NCBI GenBank assembly: GCA_903822495.1
Contig: CAIJPD010000006.1
Coordinates: forward strand, 25,790 to 89,789
Length of the DNA stretch: 64,000 bases
Direction: 5' to 3'
Source of the DNA: an uncultured Chloroflexota bacterium
GTDB lineage: Bacteria > Chloroflexota > Limnocylindria > Limnocylindrales > CSP1-4
In this document: piece after piece, positions 19,929 through 29,212 of the stretch
Layout of the letters: every line of letters starts with the position of its first letter
Position numbering within the stretch: the stretch's first letter is position 1
The notes under the pieces: model-generated
What the model was told of the DNA's origin: nothing
Databases searched by the model: none
The model's input: the letters and a program-made list of their open reading frames with translations, nothing else
Program-made: the position numbers and the translations under genes

Positions 19929-20077
19929 GTCGAAACCCGGGGTGGTGGGCCTGGGTGCCGGTGGCGCATCCCCGCTTCCGCCCGGCGCATTCGATCGGTC
20001 ACGACGACGTCACCGCGCCGATGGAGAAGAGCCCCCGACCGCGGGATGCGGTCGAGGGCTCCATGCCAGGGTTGGTG

Positions 20078-20485
20078 CTAGATCACGCCCGGTGTGGTCG
20101 GCGCCGTGGTGGTGCCGCCGGAGCTGCTCCTGAAGATGATGCTGCCGGGATCCGCGCCGACGTACCAGATGGTGCCGCCGTATCGACCGTTGAGCACCTC
20201 GCCGAGGAGGCGGCCGGAGGGGAGGTACGCATAGACGCGGGCGCCGGAGTCGGAGCTGCTGGCGTTGAGCAGGACGTACCCGTTCTGGAAGAAGCACTTG
20301 CTGACCTTGACGGTGTCCACGCTGCTCGTGCTGCCGCCGCCACCGGTGCTCGTGCCACCGCCGCTGGTGCCACCACCGCCGCTGGTGCCGCCGCTGGCGT
20401 AGACCGCCGGCACGCTGAGTGCCAGCACGAGCGTCACCAGGCCGGCGACCAGGATGAGGTTCTTGCGGATCGATCGAGGTCGCAC
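20078..20485 (-). CDS. small secreted protein with Gly/Ser/Thr-rich linker (~135 aa)
   Basis: GTG start 8 nt after GAAAGGAA. Signal/TM NLILVAGLVTLVLALSVPAVYA followed by a GGTSGGGG linker. Larger ORF-track frames reaching 20836 were rejected. Confidence 0.5.
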   Translation of the reverse strand: MRPRSIRKNLILVAGLVTLVLALSVPAVYASGGTSGGGGTSGGGTSTGGGGSTSSVDTVKVSKCFFQNGYVLLNASSSDSGARVYAYLPSGRLLGEVLNGRYGGTIWYVGADPGSIIFRSSSGGTTTAPTTPGVI

Positions 20486-20780
20486 GGTGTTCCTTTCGAC
20501 TGGCTTCCACTGGTCGGTGCCTGGCGCTCCGTCTTCTGGGACGGGGAGCGGCGGGACGATGCAGCCTGGTGGCGTGGTTGGTGAGGCGATGCTGGGCCCG
20601 GGTCTCGCCTGCGCCAATGGACCTTGGGTGCGGCCTCGCTCGGACCTTGGTCTGAACCGCGCGGTGCGACGCCTCAGCCGGGTTCCGCGTCGGTTGATCC
20701 CGGCGTCCCGGCCACGCGGCGCCCCGGCCGGTGACGGCCACGGGAGCGCGGTGCGCTGTGCGGCAGCCTGGCTCGGGGAC

Positions 20781-22061
20781 CTACGCCCGTGCGCCTCCGG
20801 CGTCCCCCGCTCCGGATGAGGCGGCCCCTCGCCCATCGGCGGCCCCGTCCGCCGCGTCGATCCCGGACCGGGCGGCCACGATGGAGCCCATGGCCATGAT
20901 CCCCGCCAGGATCCAGAAGACCGTGTCCACGCCCGCCGAGCCGGCGACCAGCCCCATCGCCGCCGGCACGAACAGGAGCGAGGCCCGGTTGGCCGTCAGG
21001 CGAACCCCCATCGTGGTGGCCCGATCCGCCTTCGTCGCCCGGCTGGCCACGAACGCCACCGCCATGGGTTGCCCAAAGCCCAGGCCAAAGCCGAAGACCC
21101 CGATCACGACCACCAGCACGACCGCGTCTCCCGACAGCGGCAGGACGATCAGGGCCCCGGCCGCGATGGCCAGGCTGCCGGCGAGGAGCGGGACCCAGCC
21201 CAGGCGCTTCAGCAGCCGGTCCATGAACAGCCGCGAGACCAGCGTGGTCGCCGCGCGAACCGACAGCAGCAGGCCCACCACCTGGACCGGGATCCCCTTG
21301 ACCTCGCCCAGGATCGGGAGGTAGGCCAGGATGATGTCGATGGCGGACAGCACCACGATGCTGATGAACATGGCCCCCAGCATCCCGGGCCGCCGCAGGA
21401 TGCGGGCCACGACCGTGCGAAACGAGCCGCCCGGAGCCGCGCTCCGCTCCTTGGCCGTGGACCTCGTGTGCGGCACCAGCAGGATCAGGCCCGCCGCGGC
21501 CAGGCTGGTGAGGCCCAGGGCCGCGAACGCCGGCGCCTCGGGGGAGGCGGCCAGCCCCGGCGTCGCCATGATCAGGGCCGCGGCCGACGGGCCGACCAGC
21601 TGTCCCAGGGAGAGGAACGCGCTGTACGTGCCGTAGTGGCGGTTCAGGTCCTCGGGGCGGCTCCGGTTGGCGATCAGCGCCTGTCCCGCGACCAGCATCG
21701 CGATGGTGCCAAAGCCGATGCACGCCTGCCCCACCGCCAGGATCGGCAGGCTCTCCGCCAGCGCGGAGATGAAGGAGCCGAGTGCCAGGATGGCCAGCGA
21801 CCCGGAGTACAGGAACACCTCGCCGAAGCGGTCAACCCAGCGCCCGATCAGCACCGCGGTGATCGCGGGCACGATGGAGTAGGCGGACTGGACCAGGCCC
21901 ACCTCGTAGCTGCTGGCGCCAAGGTCCAGTGCGCGATAGGTGGTGGTGGGCCGGGTGCCGGCCATCGTGGTGATCGCGAGGAAGGCCACCGCCATCTGCA
22001 CCATCAGCGCCAGGCGCTCGTTCCGGACGCTGCCCACCCAGCCGCGCGGGCCGCGGCCCAT
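20781..22061 (-). CDS. MFS transporter, paralogue 1 of 3
   Basis: 426 aa, 12-TM MFS pattern. The ATG overlaps the stop of the upstream paralogue (ATGA). The 698-aa ORF in the track is a composite. Confidence 0.8.
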   Translation of the reverse strand: MGRGPRGWVGSVRNERLALMVQMAVAFLAITTMAGTRPTTTYRALDLGASSYEVGLVQSAYSIVPAITAVLIGRWVDRFGEVFLYSGSLAILALGSFISALAESLPILAVGQACIGFGTIAMLVAGQALIANRSRPEDLNRHYGTYSAFLSLGQLVGPSAAALIMATPGLAASPEAPAFAALGLTSLAAAGLILLVPHTRSTAKERSAAPGGSFRTVVARILRRPGMLGAMFISIVVLSAIDIILAYLPILGEVKGIPVQVVGLLLSVRAATTLVSRLFMDRLLKRLGWVPLLAGSLAIAAGALIVLPLSGDAVVLVVVIGVFGFGLGFGQPMAVAFVASRATKADRATTMGVRLTANRASLLFVPAAMGLVAGSAGVDTVFWILAGIMAMGSIVAARSGIDAADGAADGRGAASSGAGDAGGARA

Positions 22062-23266
22062 CAGGATGGCGCCTGCTCGACCGGGCCCAGGTTGGCGCGG
22101 TGGGTGCTCCACGCGCCCAGCTCCAGCACGACCGCCATGATCACGAACACCACGGCCACCCCGCCAGCGCCCGCCACCGCCCCCATGACGGCGGGGACGA
22201 ACAGGAGCGAGGCCCGATTGGCGCCCAGGCGGGCCGACAGCGCCGTCGAGCGCTCGGCCTTCGACGTCCGGCTGGCGATCCACGTGACCGACATCGGCTG
22301 GCCCAGCCCGATGCCGAACCCACAACCCACCATCAGCAGGACCAGCAGGACCGGCTGGGTGGTGGTGGGCAGGATCGCGAGCGAGACGGCGGCCATCGCC
22401 AGGCTGCTCACCAGCGTGGGTCCCCAGCCAAAGCGCCGGAGCAGCTGGGTCATGAACAGCCGGGACGCCAGCGTCGAGGCCGCGCGGACCGAGAGCAGGA
22501 GCCCCACCAGCTGGACGGAGAGGCCGGAGATCTCGCCGAAGATGGGCAGGTAGGCGACGAGGATGTCGATCGTGGAGATCACCACGATGCTGACGAACAT
22601 CGCCGAGGGAACCCCGGGCCGGCGCAGGATGCGCGACAGGACGGTGAAGAACGGCTCCTCGGGGCCCCGCTCCTCTCCGGCGTCGCCCGCCCGCTTCTCG
22701 GGCAGCAACGTGATCAGGGCGGCCGCCACCAGCACGATCACCATGGACGACGCGAAGACGGCGCGCTCCGGCTCCGGCCCAAGGACCGTCATCCCCTGGA
22801 TGGTGGCGGCCAGCGACGGGCCGATCAGCGTGCCGATCGAGATCGCCGCCGAGTAGTTCCCGTAGCTCTTGTTCCACGCCTCCTGGCGGCTGCGGCTGGC
22901 GATCATCACCTGGCCCGCCACCAGCATGCCCGTGGTCCCGAAGCCGATGAATGCCTGGCCCAGCGCCAGCACGAGGAGCGACCCGGCCATGGCCGAGATG
23001 CCGGCGCCCACGGCCATGAGCACCAGCGCGCCCGCGTAGGTGCGCACCTCGCCCAGCCGATCCACCCAGCGCCCGAGGAAGACCGCGATGAGGGCGGGCA
23101 GGACGGAATACGCGGACTGGACCATGCCGACCTCGAACGGCGTGGCACCAAGGTCCAGCGCCCGGTAGGTGGCTGTGGGCCGCGTCCCCGCCTGTGCGGT
23201 CACGGCCAGCAGGGCCACGAGGAGCTGGACCAGGAGGCCCAGCCGCTCGTCGCGCAGGCGGCCCAC
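22061..23266 (-). CDS. MFS transporter, paralogue 2 of 3
   Basis: 401 aa. A GTG start lies 2 nt downstream of the stop of paralogue 3. The shared N-terminal motif TRPT(A/T)TYRALDLGA is present. Confidence 0.75.
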   Translation of the reverse strand: MGRLRDERLGLLVQLLVALLAVTAQAGTRPTATYRALDLGATPFEVGMVQSAYSVLPALIAVFLGRWVDRLGEVRTYAGALVLMAVGAGISAMAGSLLVLALGQAFIGFGTTGMLVAGQVMIASRSRQEAWNKSYGNYSAAISIGTLIGPSLAATIQGMTVLGPEPERAVFASSMVIVLVAAALITLLPEKRAGDAGEERGPEEPFFTVLSRILRRPGVPSAMFVSIVVISTIDILVAYLPIFGEISGLSVQLVGLLLSVRAASTLASRLFMTQLLRRFGWGPTLVSSLAMAAVSLAILPTTTQPVLLVLLMVGCGFGIGLGQPMSVTWIASRTSKAERSTALSARLGANRASLLFVPAVMGAVAGAGGVAVVFVIMAVVLELGAWSTHRANLGPVEQAPS

Positions 23267-23268
23267 GG

Positions 23269-24522
23269 TCAGGCCGCTGGGCTGGCTGGCTCGTCGGCCG
23301 CCTTGGGGGCCTCGACGGGTGAGCTGGCGTGCGCGCGGCGCCCGATCACGGAGCCCAGCCCGATGACACCGGCCAGGATCCAGAACACGGCCGCTACCCC
23401 GGCACTGCCGGCGACGGCGCCCATGACCGCGGGGACCATGAGCAGCGATGTCCGGTTGCCGGTGAGGCGGACCGCGAGCGCGGTGCCCCGCTCGCCCTTG
23501 GCGGCCCGGCTCGCGATCCAGCTGATGGTCATCGGCTGGAGCATCCCGATCGTGAGACCCAGGAGCACCATGATCGCGACCAGGAACGGCGGGAATGCCG
23601 TGGTTGGGATGAGCGCCAACATCACCGCCGAGAGCGCCAGGCAGATGACCATCGCTCGTTGCCAGCTCAGGCGCCGGAGGATGGCGTCCATCATCAGGCG
23701 CGAGGCCATCGTGGCCCCGGCCCGGATCGACAGGAGCAGGCCCACCAGGGCGACCGGGAGACCGGCCACCGTCCCGTAGACGGGCAGGTAGGCGGACAGG
23801 ACGTCGATGGTCGATGCGACCGCGATGCTGACGTACATCGCCGAGAACATCCCTGGTCGCCGGAGCACGCGTCCGACGGCGGCGAGGAACCGGGCCTGGG
23901 GCTCCGCGCCGGCACCGGTCGCGGGCCGGGGCGCCGGCGGCATCACGAGCGTCAGGAGGCCGGCGCCCATGCTGAGCGTCGCGGCCACGACGAAGACCCA
24001 CTGCTCGCCGTCGCGGCCCACGATGGCCGACTCCTGGATGGCGGCGGCCATCGACGGGCCCACGAGCTGGCCCAGGGAGAGGCACGCCGCGTAGGACCCG
24101 AAGCGCTTGTTCCAGTCCTCCTGGTGGGCGCGCGCGGCGATGGACGCCTGGCCCGAGATCAGCGAGGTGATGGTCCCGAAGCCGACGATCGCCTGGGCCA
24201 GCGCCAGCATCGGCAGGTTCCCGGCGAGCGCGGAGAGGAGCCCGCCGATCGAGAGTGCCAGCAGGCCGCCGGCATAGGTCCGGCCTTCGCCGCGTCGGTC
24301 GATCCAGCGGCCGACCACCATGGCGGTGAGCGCGGGGAGCACGGAGAAGGCGGACTGGACCAGCCCGACCTCGAAGTTGGTCGCGCCCAGGTCCAGCGCC
24401 CGGTAGGTGGTGGTGGGCCGCGTCCCGGCGATGGCCGACGTCGACAGGAAGGCGACCAGCATCTGGATCCGGAACGCCCAGATGTCGCTCTGGGAGTAGG
24501 CCGAAGCACGCCCCGCGCTCAC
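23269..24522 (-). CDS. MFS transporter, paralogue 3 of 3
   Basis: 417 aa. Same family and motif as 20781-22061 and 22061-23266. Confidence 0.8.
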   Translation of the reverse strand: MSAGRASAYSQSDIWAFRIQMLVAFLSTSAIAGTRPTTTYRALDLGATNFEVGLVQSAFSVLPALTAMVVGRWIDRRGEGRTYAGGLLALSIGGLLSALAGNLPMLALAQAIVGFGTITSLISGQASIAARAHQEDWNKRFGSYAACLSLGQLVGPSMAAAIQESAIVGRDGEQWVFVVAATLSMGAGLLTLVMPPAPRPATGAGAEPQARFLAAVGRVLRRPGMFSAMYVSIAVASTIDVLSAYLPVYGTVAGLPVALVGLLLSIRAGATMASRLMMDAILRRLSWQRAMVICLALSAVMLALIPTTAFPPFLVAIMVLLGLTIGMLQPMTISWIASRAAKGERGTALAVRLTGNRTSLLMVPAVMGAVAGSAGVAAVFWILAGVIGLGSVIGRRAHASSPVEAPKAADEPASPAA

Positions 24523-24651
24523 GGGGCGCTCCTGGTGGCGAGTCCGGCCACAGGCCAGACTCCTTCTCTCACCGACGGGTCCGGACGGGTCCCGGGCAGG
24601 CCATGCTGCCCGGGACGGGGCGTCCCGTGATCACCGGTCGCCCGGCGAGCT

Positions 24652-26121
24652 TCACGCCGGACGGCGGCTGCTGAGGGTATGCATCTCCAGCTGCTCCTCG
24701 AGCGCCACGACGCCGTGGCCGCGACCCAGGCCGCTCTCCTTGAAGCCGCCGTAGGGCATGTCCACGCCGGAGGCGCCGCGTCGGTGGACGTTGATGAACG
24801 AGGTGCCGGCCTGGAGCTTCCGGGCGATGCCCCAGGCGCGGTCCTCGTCCGGCGTCCAGACCGAGGAGCACAGGCCGTAGTTGCTGTCGTTGGCCATCTC
24901 GACCGCCTGCTCGACGGTCTTGAACGGGATGATCGGGATGATGGGTCCGAACTGCTCGCAGCTGACGACCTCAAAGGACTGGTCGACATCGCTGATGACG
25001 GCCGGCAGGACGTACCAGCCATACGGCCAGGCGGCCTCGTCGAGCTTGCTGCCCACCTGGCTGACCGTCGCGCCGCGGGTCCGCGCGTCGTCGATGAGGC
25101 CGTTGACCCACTTCTGCTGCTTCTGGTTCACCAGGGGGCCCAGGGTGGAGCGCGGGTTGAGGCCGTTGCCCACCACGAACTGATCGGTCACCTGGGTGAA
25201 CTGGTCCACGAAGGCCTTGTAGCGCGACTCCTGGACGTAGATCCGCTTGACGTCGTAGCAGATCTGGCCCGACAGGCCGAAGACGCCCTGGACGAGCTCC
25301 GGCACGACGAAGTCGAGGTCCACGTCGTCGAGGACGATGGCCGGGTCGTTGCCGCCCAGCTCCAGCGAGACGCGCTTGATGGTGGCCGCCGCGTTGCGCA
25401 GGACGTCCTTGCCCACCTGGGTGCTGCCCGTGAAGTTGATCTTGCGGACCAGCGGGGCGCTCATGAGCGCGGCGCCCACGGTGCTGCCCGGGCCGGTCAC
25501 CCAGTTGATGGTGCCCTCGGGGAAGAAGGGCTCCAGCACCTTGAGACTGTCCATCAGCGCCAGCGGCGCCTCGGTGGGCGGCTTGACCACCACCGTGTTG
25601 CCGGCCATGAGCACCGGGCCCAGGGCCAGGAAGCCCAGGTAGGTGGGCGAGTTCCACGGGACGATGACGGCGCTGACGCCCATCGCCTCCCGGACCACGA
25701 TGACGCGGCCGTTGGGGCTGGGCAGGTCCTCCTCGAAGTGGAAGGCCTCGCCCACCTTGGCGTAGTAGTCCATGACGCGGACGCAGTTGAGGACGCCGCC
25801 CTTGGCCTCGGCCATCAGGCAGCCGCACTCGCGGGCGAGGAGGATGGCGCGCGCCTCGGCATCGGCGAGGAGCGCCTGGCCCGCGGCGCGGATCCGTGCC
25901 GCGCGTTCGGCGGGAGGCATGGCGGACCAGACGGGGAACGCCCGCTGGGCGGCCTCGGTGGCCGCGATGGCGTGCTCGGCGGTGCCCACCGGGACGCGGC
26001 CCACGATCTCGCGGATGTCCGCGGGGTTGGTCACGTCGATCCACGTGTCCGTGATGACGTCCTTGCCGCCGATTCGCATGGGGGCCTGCACGATCGTGGT
26101 CTCAGGCTGGGCGATGGCCAT
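24652..26121 (-). CDS. NAD(P)-dependent aldehyde dehydrogenase
   Basis: 489 aa from MAIAQPE after a GAGAGGAG RBS. ALDH motifs (VVKPPTEAP, ELGGNDP, catalytic Cys in GQICYDV). Confidence 0.85.
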   Translation of the reverse strand: MAIAQPETTIVQAPMRIGGKDVITDTWIDVTNPADIREIVGRVPVGTAEHAIAATEAAQRAFPVWSAMPPAERAARIRAAGQALLADAEARAILLARECGCLMAEAKGGVLNCVRVMDYYAKVGEAFHFEEDLPSPNGRVIVVREAMGVSAVIVPWNSPTYLGFLALGPVLMAGNTVVVKPPTEAPLALMDSLKVLEPFFPEGTINWVTGPGSTVGAALMSAPLVRKINFTGSTQVGKDVLRNAAATIKRVSLELGGNDPAIVLDDVDLDFVVPELVQGVFGLSGQICYDVKRIYVQESRYKAFVDQFTQVTDQFVVGNGLNPRSTLGPLVNQKQQKWVNGLIDDARTRGATVSQVGSKLDEAAWPYGWYVLPAVISDVDQSFEVVSCEQFGPIIPIIPFKTVEQAVEMANDSNYGLCSSVWTPDEDRAWGIARKLQAGTSFINVHRRGASGVDMPYGGFKESGLGRGHGVVALEEQLEMHTLSSRRPA

Positions 26122-26150
26122 CTCGTCGCTCCTCTCGTGATCGCGGGTGC

Positions 26151-26189
26151 TCGCCCGCAGGCGCGTCGCCCGCAGGCGCGCCCGCACGG
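26151..26189. repeat. perfect 15-bp tandem direct repeat TCGCCCGCAGGCGCG x2 (+ partial third) in the divergent ALDH/crotonase promoter region; candidate operator
   Basis: Read directly at 26151-26165 and 26166-26180. Confidence 0.4.
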
Positions 26190-26303
26190 GCCCACTTCTG
26201 GTCGTCGACGTCCCTTCACCGGCGGGGCGCGCAGGCACGGGCCGGGCCGCGATTCTACCCCCTCGCGACCCGGTCCCGGGCCGCCGCAGAGTGGCCAGGA
26301 GTT

Positions 26304-26329
26304 GGCAAGGCCGAACCCTCGGCCATGCC
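26304..26329. promoter_or_regulatory. 11-bp inverted repeat GGCAAGGCCGA-N4-TCGGCCATGCC (1 mismatch); candidate dimeric-regulator operator
   Basis: Read directly in the 283-bp divergent intergenic region. Confidence 0.3.
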
Positions 26330-26404
26330 TTCTGGAGGGTCTTCGCGGGCTCCTGATCGGGTAGCATGGGCATGGGGGAAGGCCCACCTGCAGGAGGGGC
26401 GGAC

Positions 26405-27208
26405 ATGGCGGAAGCTGGCTACGAAGCGATCATTGTCACCGTCGAGGACCACGTCGCGACGCTGACGCTCAACCGTCCGGACGCGATGAACGCGTTCAAC
26501 GCGCAGCTCACGCGCGAGTTCATCGACGCGTGCGCCGGGTTCAACCAGGACCCTGATGTCCGCGTGGTGATTGTCACGGGCGCCGGCGAGAAGGCGTTCT
26601 CGGCGGGCCTCGACCTCAAGGAGCGCGCCGCGGAGCAGGTGAGCTTCATCGAGAAGCGCGCCAGCCGGGTCCGGCCCGGGATCGCCACCATGCACAAGGC
26701 CCTCGCGGCCGTGGACCGGCCCACCATCGCCGCCATCCACGGCTGGTGCCTTGGCGGCGGGCTGGAGATCTCGCTCGCGTGCGACCTCCGCATCGCCGCG
26801 ACCAACGCCAAGATCGGCCTGACAGAGATCCGGCGCGGCATCATGCCGGGCGCGGGCGGCAGCCAGCGCCTCTCGCGCCTGGTCGGCCGGGGCCACGCCA
26901 TGAAGATCGCCCTGACCGGGGAGCCCATCGACGCGGCCGAGGCCTATCGCATCGGCCTGGTCAACGAGGTCGTCGAGCCGGCCGACCTGCTGCCCGCGGC
27001 CCACCGCCTGGCGGCCACCATCCTCAAGGGGGCGCCGGTGTCGGCGCGGTTCATCAAGGAGGCCATCAACAAGGGCCTCGACCTGTCGCTGGAGGAGGGT
27101 CTCCGCCTGGAGGCCGACCTCGCCATCCTGCTCGGCCAGACGGAGGACTCGAAGGAGGGGCCACGCTCCTTTGTCGAGAAGCGTCCACCGGTCTGGCAGG
27201 GCAAGTAG
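26405..27208 (+). CDS. enoyl-CoA hydratase/isomerase (crotonase) family protein
   Basis: ATG after GCAGGAGGGG. Crotonase motifs (AFSAGLDLKE, the GG-box). 267 aa. Confidence 0.85.
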   Translation: MAEAGYEAIIVTVEDHVATLTLNRPDAMNAFNAQLTREFIDACAGFNQDPDVRVVIVTGAGEKAFSAGLDLKERAAEQVSFIEKRASRVRPGIATMHKALAAVDRPTIAAIHGWCLGGGLEISLACDLRIAATNAKIGLTEIRRGIMPGAGGSQRLSRLVGRGHAMKIALTGEPIDAAEAYRIGLVNEVVEPADLLPAAHRLAATILKGAPVSARFIKEAINKGLDLSLEEGLRLEADLAILLGQTEDSKEGPRSFVEKRPPVWQGK

Positions 27209-27221
27209 CCGGAGGGTGAGC

Positions 27222-28373
27222 ATGGATCGTGAGATCGCGATCGCGGGCTACTACGAGGCGCCGTCCAAGCGCAAGAGTGGTCGCGATATCTTCGACTGGC
27301 TCTCCGAGGCCGCATCCGGGGCGATGCGTGCCACGGGGGTCGAGAAGGCCGAGATCGATGGCCTGATCACCAACGCCGCGCTGGGCGGCGGCGGCAGCCC
27401 GTTCTGGAGCATCCTCGCCGCGGAGGCCCTGGGCATGTCCCCGGGCTGGCTGGAGAGCGTGGACATCGGGGGTGGCTCGCCGGTCGCGGCCATCGCACGC
27501 GCCGGGGCGGCCATCAAGGCTGGCTTCGCCGAGACCGTGCTGGTCGCCATGGCCGACGTGCCCACCATCGAGCCCAAGAAGCAGGTGGGCTACCGGGTGG
27601 AGTTCGAGGAGGCCTACGGCCCGGCCGGCCCGCCAGGACTCTTCGGGCTCATCGTCAACCGCTACAAGCACCAGTACGGCGACCCGGGCGAGGCGATGTG
27701 CAAGATCGCCATGACCCAGCGCCGGCACGCGGAGCTGAACCCGCTCGCGCTGCTGCGCACGCCCATGACCCGCGAGGACTACTACGCCTCCAAGATCATC
27801 GGCGAGGGTATCCGCCTGCTGGACTGCGTCATGCACTGCGACGGCGGCCTCGCCCTCATCGTCACCAGCGGCAAGCGCGCCCGCCAGCTCACGGACAAGC
27901 CGGTCTACCTGACCGGCTACTCGGAGAGCCACAACTTCGACGCCGCCAACCCGCTGCCCGACGTCACGAAGACCGGCTTCTCGGTCTCCGGGCCCAAGGC
28001 GCTGGCCATGGCCGGCCTGCGTCACGACGACGTGGACCAGCTCCAGCCGTATGACGACTTCACGGTCGCGCTCGTCTTGGCGGTGGAGGACCTGGGCTTC
28101 TGTGCCAAGGGCGAGGGGCCGGCGTTCATCGCTGCCACGGACCTGTCCCACTTGGGCAAGTTGCCGCTCAACACGGGCGGCGGCCAGATCTCCGCGGGCC
28201 AGCCGGGCCTGTCGGCCGGCATGATCCAGCCGGTGGAGGCCATCCGCCAGCTGCGCGGCGAGGGCGGGGATCGCCAGATCCCCAACCCCAAGAACGCGCT
28301 GGTGACCGGCATCGGCTACGTCAACTACCTGCGCAACTGGAACACCAGCGTCGCCGCTGTGCTGGAGGTCTGA
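27222..28373 (+). CDS. SCP-x / Ltp2-type thiolase-like protein (lacks N-terminal thiolase Cys; aldolase-type)
   Basis: Thiolase-like fold (NTGGG, GIGY). No catalytic Cys near residue 90. Paired with a DUF35 gene. Confidence 0.8.
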   Translation: MDREIAIAGYYEAPSKRKSGRDIFDWLSEAASGAMRATGVEKAEIDGLITNAALGGGGSPFWSILAAEALGMSPGWLESVDIGGGSPVAAIARAGAAIKAGFAETVLVAMADVPTIEPKKQVGYRVEFEEAYGPAGPPGLFGLIVNRYKHQYGDPGEAMCKIAMTQRRHAELNPLALLRTPMTREDYYASKIIGEGIRLLDCVMHCDGGLALIVTSGKRARQLTDKPVYLTGYSESHNFDAANPLPDVTKTGFSVSGPKALAMAGLRHDDVDQLQPYDDFTVALVLAVEDLGFCAKGEGPAFIAATDLSHLGKLPLNTGGGQISAGQPGLSAGMIQPVEAIRQLRGEGGDRQIPNPKNALVTGIGYVNYLRNWNTSVAAVLEV

Positions 28374-28780
28374 TGATGGAAGGCAAGGAGCGACCCGTTC
28401 CGGTCCCCACCAGCATCACCCGCCGGTTCTGGGACAGCGTCAACGCCGAGGCGCTGGCCATCCCCAGGTGCCGCGACTGCGGGGCCGTCCACTTCTACCC
28501 GCACGCGCTGTGCCCCAGCTGCATGTCTCCCAACCTGGACCAGGTCCCGGTCTCCGGCAACGGCACCATCTACTCCTACACGATCATCCGCTCGCCCCAG
28601 CCCGCGTTCAAGGGCATGGAGCCGTACGCGGTGGTCAACGTGGAGCTGGACGAGGGCGTCCGGATCATGGCCAACGTCCGCACGGACGACGTGGAGAAGG
28701 TCCGGATCGGGGTCCGCGTCAAGATGATCTACGAGCAGTCGACGGACGACCTCAAGATCCCGCAGTTCGTCCTCGCGTAA
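28373..28780 (+). CDS. DUF35 OB-fold / Cys4 zinc-ribbon protein (ChsH2 C-terminal-domain-like partner of Ltp2)
   Basis: CRDCG...CPSC zinc ribbon. ATG overlaps the preceding stop (ATGA). Confidence 0.8.
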   Translation: MMEGKERPVPVPTSITRRFWDSVNAEALAIPRCRDCGAVHFYPHALCPSCMSPNLDQVPVSGNGTIYSYTIIRSPQPAFKGMEPYAVVNVELDEGVRIMANVRTDDVEKVRIGVRVKMIYEQSTDDLKIPQFVLA

Positions 28781-28795
28781 CCCCGTTCCGAATCG

Positions 28796-28823
28796 CGGCC
28801 CCGGCCTCCGGCCGGGGCCGTTT
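28796..28823 (+). terminator. intrinsic terminator: perfect 11-bp stem CGGCCCCGGCC / GGCCGGGGCCG, 3-nt loop, followed by TTTCGATT
   Basis: Read directly 16 nt after the DUF35 stop codon. Confidence 0.6.
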
Positions 28824-28880
28824 CGATTCCGGAGGCCGAGGCGGATCTCAGCCGCACTGCCGCCGCCCCTGGCGCACCGC

Positions 28881-28946
28881 GCCGCACCCCGCCGCACCCC
28901 GCCGCACCCCGCCCGGCCCCGAGCGGCCCCGAGCGGCCCCGAGCGG
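28881..28946. repeat. two adjacent decamer tandem arrays: (GCCGCACCCC)x3 then (GAGCGGCCCC)x~3
   Basis: Read directly. Perfect copies at 28881-28910 and 28921-28940, with degenerate flanking copies. Confidence 0.6.
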
Positions 28947-28995
28947 CACGAAATCGCAGTACGTCCACCCCATGAACGCTACGTCGGAATTCGTG

Positions 28996-29107
28996 CCAGT
29001 ACGTTCACTGGGTGCGCGTACTGGAAGAACTGGCCGCGCTGCCACGCTTGGACCGCCCCCGGTCGCGCTGGCAGCCTTGGATAGTGCTCACTGGGTGCGC
29101 GTACTGG
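28996..29107. repeat. 20-bp perfect direct repeat TCACTGGGTGCGCGTACTGG (29005-29024 and 29088-29107); first copy within hairpin CCAGTACG...CGTACTGG; GTACG motif x5
   Basis: Read directly. Lies in the 430-bp gap between two convergent operons. Confidence 0.55.
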
Positions 29108-29212
29108 GGAAACTCGGCGCGGGTCGGCGAGGACGGACGCGGCCGGCGCCCGCGCGACCCGCGGCGGGATAGAGATCGGATGGCGGGGCGCGCCGGCAGC
29201 GCCGCCCCGAGG

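Noticed and set aside
20781-24085. 698-aa and 674-aa − strand ORFs suggesting giant MFS fusion proteins
   Set aside because: Each is an MFS gene extended upstream through the neighbouring paralogue in an open alternative frame. Internal starts with ATGA/TGA-GTG junctions give three normal-sized 12-TM transporters.
28881-28946. Decamer tandem arrays considered as a CRISPR array
   Set aside because: Units are 10 bp, with no spacers and no cas genes. These are simple tandem repeats, not CRISPR.
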